Below, in pieces: positions 21,265 through 31,590 of a stretch of 64,000 bases of DNA (the first letter of the stretch is position 1; every line of letters starts with the position of its first letter). The position numbers and the translations under genes were made by a program. The stretch is from Escherichia phage ECO07P2: sequence record OP172785; one strand, written 5' to 3'. Below the pieces are notes generated by a model that saw nothing but the letters and a program-made list of their open reading frames with translations, did not search any database and was not told the origin of the DNA.

Positions 21265-21269
21265 ACTCC

Positions 21270-22439
21270 TTAAAAATATTTTTTAAAACCCATCATAACT
21301 TTATCATCAACATCATTATCAATCTGTGCTACAAGGTAAGATGACAGTTCTACTTCTTGTGGCGCGGATTGAACATTATCAGAATTAAGATATTCACGAA
21401 TCCAAGGATACGGGTGTTTAACCGGAGCATCGGTAATTGGGCATGGAAGACCACACTGTTTCATACGAGATACAGTTAAGTAATCAATAAAGCTCCACAT
21501 GCTATTTGTATTTAATCCAGGAACATCGCCATCTTTAAATAAATGAACTGCCCAGTCTTTTTCTTGACGGTTAACTTCCATGAAAATATCAACTGCTTCT
21601 TGTTCACACTCTTGAGCAATTTTAACCCATTCATCGCCATCAGTGCCAAGTTGAAGTTGACGAATAATATATTGAGTGCCTTTAAGGTGAAGCTGTTCAT
21701 CACGAGCAATGAACTTCATAATCTTGGCATTACCTTCCATGATTTCCATGTTCTTATGGAAGTTAAAGGTACATGCGAAAGATACATAAAAACGAATAGC
21801 TTCCAACGCGTTGATTACATGGAGGCAAAGGTAAAGAGATTTCATTAGTGCTCGTTTAGTACATTCAACAACTTTGCCTAATTCGTCTTTACGAAATCCT
21901 TCTGATAAAATTCCTTCATAATCTTCAATCGCGTTTTGGTATTCACGAGTCTTAACTAGAACATCATCATAATAGCGACCAATGGACTCGGCACGTTTCA
22001 TGATAGCTTTATCTAATACAATCTCATCAAATACCTTTGATGGATCAGTATAAAGATTTCGCATGATATGGGTATATGAACGGCTGTGAATAGTTTCACT
22101 AAAAGTCCATGTAGCAACCCATGTATCAAGACTTGGGTCTGAAATTAACGACATAAGTACAGCAGACGGTGCACGACCCTGAATGCTATCTAGAAGTGAT
22201 TGATACTTCAAGTTATTAGTAAAAATATCTTGCTGATACTGAGGAAGCTTGTTAAATTGCGCAGCATCCATCATTAAGTTTACTTCTTCAGGACGCCAGA
22301 AAAATGATAATTGCTTTTCGGTTAAATCTTCAAAAACTTTATGGCGTTGAATATCATAACGCGCAATACCAAGACCTGAACCGAAGAACATGGGTTCTTT
22401 TAAAACATCGACTGGATTTGTATTAAAAACTGTAGACAT
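21270..22439 (-). CDS. nrdB: ribonucleotide reductase small subunit
   Basis: 389 aa continuous ORF (no intron). Confidence 0.9.
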   Translation of the reverse strand: MSTVFNTNPVDVLKEPMFFGSGLGIARYDIQRHKVFEDLTEKQLSFFWRPEEVNLMMDAAQFNKLPQYQQDIFTNNLKYQSLLDSIQGRAPSAVLMSLISDPSLDTWVATWTFSETIHSRSYTHIMRNLYTDPSKVFDEIVLDKAIMKRAESIGRYYDDVLVKTREYQNAIEDYEGILSEGFRKDELGKVVECTKRALMKSLYLCLHVINALEAIRFYVSFACTFNFHKNMEIMEGNAKIMKFIARDEQLHLKGTQYIIRQLQLGTDGDEWVKIAQECEQEAVDIFMEVNRQEKDWAVHLFKDGDVPGLNTNSMWSFIDYLTVSRMKQCGLPCPITDAPVKHPYPWIREYLNSDNVQSAPQEVELSSYLVAQIDNDVDDKVMMGFKKYF

Positions 22440-22474
22440 ATTATTCTCGCTTATTATGGGTTTAAATTATTTAA

Positions 22475-23266
22475 TCACATATTGTGTATAAGCACTTCAG
22501 TCTGAAATGATGCACCTTTCTTTTGCTTCCTATACATGGTTTCAAAATATTCAATTTTGAAATTATTAGAAAGTGCCCAATCTTTTAAAATATAATTGTT
22601 AATATCGTCTGATAGATTATTAGTGATAATAAATTTAGACTTTGATTGTTTAATTTTGTCTAATAATTCTAATTCATCCTTTTCTTCCCAGCCTGAATAT
22701 TTAAATTTAGTAGAAAGATATGGTGGGTCAATGAATAAATTTTTGTTTTCAAAATCCAAATCTCTGAATGATTTATTACTAAATGTAAATCGGTGCTGTC
22801 TATTTTTAAATTCAGAAAATTTATCCTGTTGAGACTTGTTAAAAGAAGTTCTGGAATACTTGGCTCTATTGGCGAAAGCCGCGTTATAATTTCCATTACT
22901 AGAAAATCGGATTAACGAACTGAATGAAAATAAATGTAAAACATAAAGATATAATCCGTTTTTGGTTTTATCGTATTCTTTTGACAGATTATAAAAAGGT
23001 GCTGAATCTTTGTCATTCAAATTAAAATCTTCAATAATTTTAACTATATCATTAATTGAAGATGATTTCATCTTTTTATACATGTCTATAAGAGGAGTAT
23101 TAATATCATTACATATAACATCTCTCTGACAATTCATAGAAAATCCAAGACCACCACAAAAAGCATCCAAAACAGGCTTATCGTCAAAGCGGTTTGAAAA
23201 TTGTCTAATAAATGGCATATACTTATGTTTTGCACCTGGATATGTTATGGCAGGTAGGTCTTTCAT
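22475..23266 (-). CDS. Dam-family (D12 class, alpha-type) N6-adenine DNA methyltransferase-like protein
   Basis: 263 aa; N-terminal YPGAK and DAFCGGLG (motif I FxGxG), C-terminal DPPY catalytic motif; architecture parallels E. coli/T4 Dam. Confidence 0.7.
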   Translation of the reverse strand: MKDLPAITYPGAKHKYMPFIRQFSNRFDDKPVLDAFCGGLGFSMNCQRDVICNDINTPLIDMYKKMKSSSINDIVKIIEDFNLNDKDSAPFYNLSKEYDKTKNGLYLYVLHLFSFSSLIRFSSNGNYNAAFANRAKYSRTSFNKSQQDKFSEFKNRQHRFTFSNKSFRDLDFENKNLFIDPPYLSTKFKYSGWEEKDELELLDKIKQSKSKFIITNNLSDDINNYILKDWALSNNFKIEYFETMYRKQKKGASFQTEVLIHNM

Positions 23267-23277
23267 ATTATTTCTCG

Positions 23278-23295
23278 TTGTTGGTGACTCGTCCG
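23278..23295. other. hairpin TGACTC-GTCCGT-GAGTCA between nrdA and MTase gene
   Basis: 6-bp inverted repeat in 43-bp intergenic gap. Confidence 0.35.
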
Positions 23296-23309
23296 TGAGT
23301 CAAATTATA

Positions 23310-25574
23310 TCATAATTTACAGGATGAACAATCTTCAGCTTTTGGAGTTTCTATTTCATAATCATCAGTACCAGAACCATCGCGGGTATTATGATAATAG
23401 AAATTTTTTCCGCCAAAATACCAAAAATACAAAAGGTCATCAATCATTATTGACATTGGAACCTTTCCTTTTGGAAAAATCTGCGGGTCATAATATGTAT
23501 TCGCTGAAGCTGATTGACATACCCATTTCAGCATAATAGCTACCTGCGTAAGATAAGGTTTATTACCTTTCTTAGCTAATTTCCACGTATAATCATACAG
23601 GTCTATGTTATGCTCAATATTGGGCACGACTTGATTAAAGGAACCCTCTTTTGATTCTTTAACAGAGACTGGTCCACGTGGAGGCTCGATACCGTTTGTA
23701 CTGTTAGAAACTTGGGAAGATGACTCACATGGCATAAGTGCTGATAATGTGCTATTACGGATGCCAAAGAGCTTAAGGTCTTCCCGCAGCGCCGACCAGT
23801 CACAAACGTATTTTGGAGCTGCGATTTGGTCAATCTTTTTATTGTACCAGTCGATAGGTAATTCGCCTCGAGACCAACGAGTGTCTGAATAATATTCGCA
23901 AGGTCCTTTTTCTTTGGCGAGCTTAATGGATGCTTTAATGAGTCCATACTGTAATCTCTCAAATAGTTCATGTGTTAAATCGTTAGCATCTTCATAAGAA
24001 GCAAAGTTACTTGCCAGCCAAGCTGCATAGTTAGTAACACCTACGCCAAGGTTTCGACGCTTTTTAGCTTTTTCTGCTTCAGGAACTGGATATCCTTGGT
24101 AGTCCAAAAGATTATCAAGAGCACGAACTTGGACTTCTGCTAATTCATTAATTTTATCTTGGTCTTGCCAATCGAAGTTATCTAACACAAATGCAGATAA
24201 TGTACACAATCCAATTTCAGCATCATGACTATTCACATCATTTGTTGGAATAGCAATTTCACAGCACAAGTTGCTCTGACGAATAGGTGCCTTTTCACGA
24301 ATAAATGGCGTATAGTTATTCGTATTATCAATGAACTGCACATAAATCCTTGCTGTTCCTGAGCGTTCAGTCATGAGCAATTCAAACAGTTCACGGGCTT
24401 TAATACGCTTTTTGCGAATATTAGGGTCTTTTTCTGCGGCTTCGTATAATTCACGGAAACGGTCTTGGTCTTTAAAATAAGAATAATAAAGCTCGCCACC
24501 CATTTCGTGTGGACTGAACAAAGTAATGTAGTCGTTCTTTCCAAAACGTTCCATCATCAAATCATTCAGTTGAACGCCATAATCCATATGACGGATACGG
24601 TTTTCTTCTACGCCTTTGTTATTTTTCAAAACGAGAAGATTTTCAACTTCCAAATGCCAAATAGGATAATAAGCAGTAGCAGCGCCGCCACGAATTCCAC
24701 CCTGTGAGCATGATTTAACAGCAGTCTGAAAATGTTTCCAAAAAGGAATAACACCAGTATGGCGTACTTCACCTGTGCCAATCTTAGAACCTTCGGCACG
24801 AATCATACCAACGTTAATGCCGATTCCAGCACGTTTGGAGATATATTCAACAATTGAAGCGGAAGCCTTATTAATAGACTTTAATGAATCACCTGCCTCA
24901 ATAACAACGCATGAACTAAACTGCCGAGTCGGAGTACGGCAACCAGCCATAATAGGAGTTGGCAATGAAATCTGTCGAGTAGATACTGCTTCATAAAAAC
25001 GAATAACATGTTTTAATCTATCAATAGGTTCATCTTGATGCAATGCCATTCCAATAGTCATAAATGCAAACTGTGGAGTTTCATAAATTTGACCAGTGGT
25101 TTTATCTTTAACTAGATATTTTTCTTTTAATTGCATCGCCCCGGAATAAGTAAATTCCATATCCCGCTCATGCTTAATTTTTGATTCTAAAAATGTAATT
25201 TCTTCAGCAGAATATTTTGACAACAATTCAGGGTCATATTTACCTTCATTTACACAGTAAGAAATATGGTCAATAAATGAACGGGGTTCATACTGTCCAT
25301 AAACATGCTTACGAAGAGCGAACATTAAACATCGTGCAGCTACATATTGATAATCAGGCTCTTCAACTGAAATAGAATTCGCAGCAGCCTTAATTACAAT
25401 AGTTTGAATGTCATCAGTGGTCATTCCATCACGGAGATATGATTTAATATTTTCATATAATTCATAAGGATCTACAGATGTTCCTTCAGCTGCCCAAGAT
25501 AAAACTTTAATAATTTTTTGCGGGTCAAAGCTCTGAGAAACACCACTACTTTTGATAACATTAATTAATTGCAT
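23310..25574 (-). CDS. nrdA: ribonucleotide reductase large subunit
   Basis: 754 aa; length matches T4 NrdA; adjacent to nrdB. Confidence 0.95.
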   Translation of the reverse strand: MQLINVIKSSGVSQSFDPQKIIKVLSWAAEGTSVDPYELYENIKSYLRDGMTTDDIQTIVIKAAANSISVEEPDYQYVAARCLMFALRKHVYGQYEPRSFIDHISYCVNEGKYDPELLSKYSAEEITFLESKIKHERDMEFTYSGAMQLKEKYLVKDKTTGQIYETPQFAFMTIGMALHQDEPIDRLKHVIRFYEAVSTRQISLPTPIMAGCRTPTRQFSSCVVIEAGDSLKSINKASASIVEYISKRAGIGINVGMIRAEGSKIGTGEVRHTGVIPFWKHFQTAVKSCSQGGIRGGAATAYYPIWHLEVENLLVLKNNKGVEENRIRHMDYGVQLNDLMMERFGKNDYITLFSPHEMGGELYYSYFKDQDRFRELYEAAEKDPNIRKKRIKARELFELLMTERSGTARIYVQFIDNTNNYTPFIREKAPIRQSNLCCEIAIPTNDVNSHDAEIGLCTLSAFVLDNFDWQDQDKINELAEVQVRALDNLLDYQGYPVPEAEKAKKRRNLGVGVTNYAAWLASNFASYEDANDLTHELFERLQYGLIKASIKLAKEKGPCEYYSDTRWSRGELPIDWYNKKIDQIAAPKYVCDWSALREDLKLFGIRNSTLSALMPCESSSQVSNSTNGIEPPRGPVSVKESKEGSFNQVVPNIEHNIDLYDYTWKLAKKGNKPYLTQVAIMLKWVCQSASANTYYDPQIFPKGKVPMSIMIDDLLYFWYFGGKNFYYHNTRDGSGTDDYEIETPKAEDCSSCKL

Positions 25575-25891
25575 AAGTCCTCAACTTGAAAATCGTCTTT
25601 AAACAATCGGTTAACTATATGAGCTATTATATCACCATGACACGGCTTTGGTTTACATGTGCATCCTAGCCTCATTCCACGTAAAGGCTCTAAATGTGCT
25701 TTAGTTATTTCTCCGGATTTAATTCGACGTATAAAATCTTTTTTGAATAATTCAATGGCAGCCTCCCGGCTGCCAGCATCTTTACCGACGTAATTTCCCC
25801 AAAATGTACCACGGTGAATATTAACATCAAAGTCGGATTTATATTTATTCACTACCCGGCATAGACGGCCCACGTTGGAATAATTCGTCAT
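25565..25891 (-). CDS. DUF4326-like protein
   Basis: 108 aa; GNYVGKD...[21 protein letters not shown] resembles DUF4326 core (CHGD motif); overlaps nrdA start. Confidence 0.5.
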   Translation of the reverse strand: MTNYSNVGRLCRVVNKYKSDFDVNIHRGTFWGNYVGKDAGSREAAIELFKKDFIRRIKSGEITKAHLEPLRGMRLGCTCKPKPCHGDIIAHIVNRLFKDDFQVEDLCN

Positions 25892-26120
25892 ATTGTTTTT
25901 CCGTTAAAACAGTAATATCATAGTAACAATCAGAAGAAGTTTTAACTGTAGAAATTTTATTATCAAAATACTCACGAGTCATTTTATGAGTATAATACTT
26001 TTTACCATAAATGATAATAGGTTGTTCTGGTCCTGGAACTTCTAACTCGCTTGGATTAGGAAGTGTAAAAAGAACGATACCAGAAGTATCCTTAAATCGT
26101 AAAATCATATATCCTCTCAA
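25845..26120 (-). CDS. hypothetical protein
   Basis: 91 aa ORF; 47-nt overlap with downstream ORF makes exact ends uncertain. Confidence 0.35.
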   Translation of the reverse strand: MRGYMILRFKDTSGIVLFTLPNPSELEVPGPEQPIIIYGKKYYTHKMTREYFDNKISTVKTSSDCYYDITVLTEKQYDELFQRGPSMPGSE

Positions 26121-26131
26121 TTAAATTAAAA

Positions 26132-26992
26132 TTACACCGCCATCTTTCCTTTCAGGACACCGTGGGACTGATAATCTTTGAGAACGAAATCCCGTGCTGT
26201 CATATATTCCGTTAACCAATACATCTGAGTTTCAGTATCGCATTGACTGAATCCATTAGGCCAATTAATACTGAGTTTGCATAGATCCATAGGAGTTCTA
26301 TTTAATATCTCTTTGCATTGCTCAATATGGTTAGAATAAATGTGTGTATTACCACCCGAGAATACCAAATCGCCCGGAACTAGTTCACACATGTCAGCAA
26401 CAATATGTAAAAGAGCAGCATAACTCGCGATGTTAAATGGAAGACCGAGGAAAACATCTACCGAACGTTGATACCATTGGAGATCGAGGTATCCGTTACG
26501 CACATTAAACTGATAGAACATATGACAAGGTGGTAATGCCATCTGCTTGAGTTCAGCTGGATTCCATGCCGACACAATTTGACGTCTATCATTGGGAAAT
26601 GTTTTAATACGATTAACAACTTCTACAATTTGGTCTACACCACCAAAATCGCGCCATTGTTTTCCGTAAATTGGACCAAGTTCACCGCTATGATAACCTA
26701 AGTCTTTAGCCTGGTTTTCGTAGTTTTCATCCCAAATTGTTTTTCCTGCAATTAAAGATCCATGAGTACGTTGACGTAAATCATTTACGTTAGTACTTCC
26801 TGATAAGAACCACAATAACTCAGAAATACATGCATTCCAGGCGAGCTTCTTAGTTGTTACTGCAGGAAAACCTTTAGTTAAATCCCAGCGTAATTTAGTA
26901 CCGAACAAAGCAATTGTTCCTGTGCCCGTTCGGTCATCGGTTTCATAACCGTTTTCAAAAATGTCTTTAATTAAATCTTGGTATTGTTTCAT
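26132..26992 (-). CDS. td: thymidylate synthase
   Basis: 286 aa continuous ORF (no intron). Confidence 0.95.
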   Translation of the reverse strand: MKQYQDLIKDIFENGYETDDRTGTGTIALFGTKLRWDLTKGFPAVTTKKLAWNACISELLWFLSGSTNVNDLRQRTHGSLIAGKTIWDENYENQAKDLGYHSGELGPIYGKQWRDFGGVDQIVEVVNRIKTFPNDRRQIVSAWNPAELKQMALPPCHMFYQFNVRNGYLDLQWYQRSVDVFLGLPFNIASYAALLHIVADMCELVPGDLVFSGGNTHIYSNHIEQCKEILNRTPMDLCKLSINWPNGFSQCDTETQMYWLTEYMTARDFVLKDYQSHGVLKGKMAV

Positions 26993-27036
26993 TTAGTACC
27001 TTATATAAATTATAATACATTTTATGAAGCTAATAA

Positions 27037-27384
27037 TCAATACGGTTTAGCATCAAATTTTATTTCAATTTCAGGCGTAAAATACAATTCTTTACCACGC
27101 TTGGAAAAGCGACCAATAATATGATAATTATTCTCATCAAACGTGATATTGCCGATATCCATAGCTTTCAACCAAATATCGATATTTCTGTCAAGCTTTA
27201 TATCAAAATTCCAATATGGAGAACTATTACCAAAAATACTACAAGCGGATTCAGTGAAACAACTGCTATAAATCTTGTCTTTAGGAACTACTAATTGATA
27301 GACACCTTTAATAAACTGAGGACCTTGCCATTTTGGTTGTTTCGCGTCTTTTTCTAATAGAATAGGGTAATAATTAAAATTCAT
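27037..27384 (-). CDS. hypothetical protein (between frd and td)
   Basis: 115 aa ORF. Confidence 0.45.
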   Translation of the reverse strand: MNFNYYPILLEKDAKQPKWQGPQFIKGVYQLVVPKDKIYSSCFTESACSIFGNSSPYWNFDIKLDRNIDIWLKAMDIGNITFDENNYHIIGRFSKRGKELYFTPEIEIKFDAKPY

Positions 27385-27403
27385 ATTTTCCGCCAGCGTT
27401 ATT

Positions 27404-28233
<830 letters not shown>

Positions 28234-28243
28234 GTTATTTTCC

Positions 28244-28486
28244 TTAAACAGACTTTTTCACAATTTTCCAATCAGCTTTAAACTGTTCAACATCAGAATG
28301 GTAAATCCAAAACCCTGCGCTTTCTCCATCCTCATAAAGAGGGCATCCATCACATTCATCTTCCCATCCCATATCACGCAAAAGACGTTCAGCTTTTTCA
28401 ACGAGTTCAGAATCTTTACCGATGATATTAAAATACCATTTACCTCTAACTTCTGAATCTTTAATGCTCTGACGTTGTAATCTCAT
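28244..28486 (-). CDS. hypothetical protein
   Basis: 80 aa ORF; early promoter 28513-28541 upstream. Confidence 0.5.
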   Translation of the reverse strand: MRLQRQSIKDSEVRGKWYFNIIGKDSELVEKAERLLRDMGWEDECDGCPLYEDGESAGFWIYHSDVEQFKADWKIVKKSV

Positions 28487-28512
28487 TTTATTCTCCTTAG
28501 TTGATAGGGTAA

Positions 28513-28541
28513 TAGTATCACACTACTACCCTTTTGTAAAC
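28513..28541 (-). promoter_or_regulatory. early-type promoter (GTTTAC -35, TGATACTAT extended -10)
   Basis: minus-strand GTTTAC-17nt-TGATACTAT. Confidence 0.5.
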
Positions 28542-28921
28542 TACTTTTTGAAAGTTTTTCGCAAAAGTTCAATGATTTCGTCTACATTGTTTTCGTCAAC
28601 AATGCAGTGAATTTTTGTTACGCCAGAAACCTTGTCTTCGATTTCATCTTCTTCGGAAGTCGGTTCTTTATACTCACGGAAACAATGAAATTCATCTTCG
28701 CAAATTTCTGAAAGTCTATCTTTGAGGTAAAAATGCTTTCCATTGGCGCATTCAATGTGTTTTACAGCTTTAAATCCATTAGCAAAGAAAACTTCTTTAA
28801 CTTCAAACCATCCGCCATTTTCTCGAATAATTTTAACTATTGACGCATTGGATCGTGGGCTATAATTAATAAATGTATCAATAAGTCTTGGAACAAGTTC
28901 ATACTTTTTGCCAATATACAT
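28541..28921 (-). CDS. hypothetical protein
   Basis: 126 aa ORF. Confidence 0.5.
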   Translation of the reverse strand: MYIGKKYELVPRLIDTFINYSPRSNASIVKIIRENGGWFEVKEVFFANGFKAVKHIECANGKHFYLKDRLSEICEDEFHCFREYKEPTSEEDEIEDKVSGVTKIHCIVDENNVDEIIELLRKTFKK

Positions 28922-28965
28922 TACGTTTTCCTCATTTTAATAGGGGCTTGATAGCCCCTTGATAA

Positions 28966-29193
28966 TTATTGTTCAATCAGTCCCATGTAAAATTCTGCGT
29001 CTTCAGAATCCATACCATCACAATACTCATTAGCCATAAAACGAGTGAGGTCTTCAAGAGGACCTTCAATAACGATTTGAATACTCCAAAACTTAGAATC
29101 TTGCACGCTTGTGATACTAAGTTCAGGATAACGATTACGAATAATTTCTTCAATATATTCAAAATCAACGATGTCAATATCAACTTTAGCCAT
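28966..29193 (-). CDS. hypothetical protein
   Basis: 75 aa from MAKVDIDIV with SD aagaggaaaataatATG; longer track start lies near the promoter. Confidence 0.45.
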   Translation of the reverse strand: MAKVDIDIVDFEYIEEIIRNRYPELSITSVQDSKFWSIQIVIEGPLEDLTRFMANEYCDGMDSEDAEFYMGLIEQ

Positions 29194-29236
29194 ATTATTT
29201 TCCTCTTTAATCATCAGCAGTATTGCCGATAGTTGT

Positions 29237-29266
29237 ATAGTACCACAGTCCTTATGGTATGTAAAC
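29237..29266 (-). promoter_or_regulatory. early-type promoter (GTTTAC -35, TGGTACTAT extended -10)
   Basis: minus-strand GTTTAC-18nt-TGGTACTAT; AT-rich UP region further upstream. Confidence 0.55.
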
Positions 29267-29289
29267 CATTTTGTGAAAAATTTTTGAAA

Positions 29290-29316
29290 TAAAAAAAGGG
29301 GACCTCTAGGGTCCCC
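29290..29316 (-). terminator. rho-independent terminator downstream of gene 32
   Basis: minus strand GGGGACCCTAGAGGTCCCC hairpin followed by ttttttatttc. Confidence 0.7.
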
Positions 29317-29338
29317 AATTAATTAGTAATATAATCTA

Positions 29339-30247
29339 TTAAAGGTCATTCAAAAGGTCATCCAGGTCCGTGTCATCAGCACTAGATGAACTGCCAGAGC
29401 TTGAGCTCATAAAATCATCTTCAGTTTTTGTATTGAAGTCATCAACATTGAATGCATCCAAATCATCAGCAACTTTATCAGCTTTCTTAGCGGCAGTTGC
29501 TGCGGCACCACCCATAGCAGCAGTTCCCATAACTTGACTGAACTTAGTACTCAGTTCTTCAAACGATTTGAATTTATCTTTAGAAGTCATTTCAGAAAGG
29601 TCAACCATTTGTTCGAACAGTTCTTTCTGGAAAGATTCATCATCAATGTTTGGAATCGCGGATTGATTCAGGAATTTAGATTCGTCATAGTTACTAAAAC
29701 CAGAAACTTGTTTAACTTTCAATACAAAGTTAGCACCTTCCCACGGACAAGTTACATCAACCGGAGTTTCACCCATTTCAACATCAACTGCAATCATTGC
29801 GTTGATTTTATCCCAGATTTTCTTACCGAAACGGTATTTAAATACTTTACCTTCATTTTCTGGAGCAGCTGGGTCTTTTACTACAAGAATGTTAGCCCAG
29901 TAAGAAGTTTTACGTTTAACAAGACCATATTCTTTATTGTCAGTGTTGTACAAATCATTTTTACTGATGTACTGACATACTGGACAAGAATCGTAATCAC
30001 CGTGGGTAGATGAACAGTTTTCAATATACCATTTACCATTTTTCTTGAAACCGTGATTTACAAGAATTGCGAATGGTGCTTGTTCATCATTTTTAGACGG
30101 AAGAAAACGAATTACTGCTTGACCGTTACCCGCATTATCGAGTTTCAGTTTCCACTCGCCTTTATCTTCAGAAGAAAAACCACCTTTATTTCCAGCCAGT
30201 TTAGCCATTTGTGCAGCGAGTTCAGCAGTAGATTTACGTTTAAACAT
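29339..30247 (-). CDS. 32: single-stranded DNA-binding protein gp32
   Basis: 302 aa; acidic Ser/Asp-rich C-terminus [22 protein letters not shown]; zinc-binding Cys/His cluster. Confidence 0.95.
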   Translation of the reverse strand: MFKRKSTAELAAQMAKLAGNKGGFSSEDKGEWKLKLDNAGNGQAVIRFLPSKNDEQAPFAILVNHGFKKNGKWYIENCSSTHGDYDSCPVCQYISKNDLYNTDNKEYGLVKRKTSYWANILVVKDPAAPENEGKVFKYRFGKKIWDKINAMIAVDVEMGETPVDVTCPWEGANFVLKVKQVSGFSNYDESKFLNQSAIPNIDDESFQKELFEQMVDLSEMTSKDKFKSFEELSTKFSQVMGTAAMGGAAATAAKKADKVADDLDAFNVDDFNTKTEDDFMSSSSGSSSSADDTDLDDLLNDL

Positions 30248-30300
30248 TTTTATTTCCTTTTTAATTTAATTAACAGTTGGTGCTATGACGATGTATGACC
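30248..30300 (-). promoter_or_regulatory. gene 32 translational operator (autoregulatory 5' leader)
   Basis: mRNA leader reads UUAAUUAAAUUAAAAAGGAAAUAAAAAUG, the classic unstructured gp32-binding region. Confidence 0.65.
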
Positions 30301-30320
30301 TCATAGCTGGTCAGTGAGAT

Positions 30321-30328
30321 AATTATAA
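30321..30328 (-). promoter_or_regulatory. TATAAATA late-promoter-like motif upstream of gene 32
   Basis: minus-strand TATAAATA about 74 nt upstream of gene 32 ATG. Confidence 0.35.
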
Positions 30329-30346
30329 TCTATTTATAATAAGCAA

Positions 30347-31000
30347 TTAATACTTGCAAGATTTCACAGTTTCAATAAAAACACTTTTAGCTTTCTGTGA
30401 ATCAATATTTAAAATTTTTCTATAAGCCTTTAACTTTATAGAATAATTATTCCAGACTAAATTATCAGTCTGTTCATCATGTTTATCAATTATATTTAAA
30501 AACGAATCAAGCAAGATAAACGTCTCAAACGAAATTATATTCGATTGAAGTAGTTTAAAAATATAACTTGATTGGACTTTTGGATTATACTCAAAGATTT
30601 CTTTAAAAGCAGAAACTTCAACTTTTTTACTAAAATAATAAATGTTGCGAATATCTTCTTCAAACTTAAATTTAATTTGCTTTAAGCGTCCGATATATTC
30701 ACGATAAAACACAAGTGCATCAGCGTCAGAGATGTCACCAATCCAAGCATCTTGGTTAGCAACCAAATTACTTATAAAAATTAAAGCAAGTTCCTTTAAT
30801 TTATATTTTTCTGATAACTTCTGGAAAAAATACTTATCCCTTCGCTTTTGATAAGCGGCATCAGACACCCGCATGCACCAATTATACTTAATTACATCAT
30901 ACTTTCCATTCATATGTTGTTTTATCATTAAGTATAATTTATAAACTGATTTACCATCAATGTATCTTTCACCACCAGCAGGCATGCGGAGTTTAATCAT
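30347..31000 (-). CDS. 59: helicase loader gp59
   Basis: 217 aa; position between 32 and 33. Confidence 0.85.
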   Translation of the reverse strand: MIKLRMPAGGERYIDGKSVYKLYLMIKQHMNGKYDVIKYNWCMRVSDAAYQKRRDKYFFQKLSEKYKLKELALIFISNLVANQDAWIGDISDADALVFYREYIGRLKQIKFKFEEDIRNIYYFSKKVEVSAFKEIFEYNPKVQSSYIFKLLQSNIISFETFILLDSFLNIIDKHDEQTDNLVWNNYSIKLKAYRKILNIDSQKAKSVFIETVKSCKY

Positions 31001-31335
31001 AGTAGAAAATCTAGTGTATTAGTTTTTTCACAACGAACAACAGAAGGACGTAAAAGATTTTCGTCAATAGCTTCTGACTGAATTTTTTCAATTATACCCG
31101 AAGGAATAAATTTAGCAAATTGAGTTTCAGGAATAGAATTTTCTTCTAAGAATGCTGTTGTAGCTTCAAGATAACTCATTCCAAACTCTTCTACCATTTT
31201 TTCAATAATAAATCCATTTTCTTGACGGTCAAGAAGCTTTGCTATTTCATCCTTTTCTTTCTTAATTGAAAGTTCTTTTTCTGAAAGACCGGTCTCATCG
31301 ACCGGACGAATATCATTTAGAGAAAACTGTGTCAT
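30997..31335 (-). CDS. 33: late transcription co-activator gp33
   Basis: 112 aa from MTQFSLNDIRP; position between dsbA and 59. Confidence 0.75.
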   Translation of the reverse strand: MTQFSLNDIRPVDETGLSEKELSIKKEKDEIAKLLDRQENGFIIEKMVEEFGMSYLEATTAFLEENSIPETQFAKFIPSGIIEKIQSEAIDENLLRPSVVRCEKTNTLDFLL

Positions 31336-31582
31336 AAAGTTCAACTACCTCTTCAGTTTCAGCTTCAAACACATCACGGTTATCTTTATGATACAAAGCT
31401 AACAGACGATTAAACATCTTACCATCAACGCCAAGTTCATCTTTGGCACGAATTCGAATATCTTTAATCAATTCATTATAACCGGAAATTTTCAGTTTAT
31501 GGTCAGATGCTTCTTTAATAAATTTAGCTAAGTCTTCGCCATGGATAGCTTCATCAAATTCAACCATTTCTTTTTTAGCCAT
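31313..31582 (-). CDS. dsbA: double-stranded DNA binding protein
   Basis: 89 aa; position between rnh and 33. Confidence 0.8.
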   Translation of the reverse strand: MAKKEMVEFDEAIHGEDLAKFIKEASDHKLKISGYNELIKDIRIRAKDELGVDGKMFNRLLALYHKDNRDVFEAETEEVVELYDTVFSK

Positions 31583-31590
31583 TATTCACC

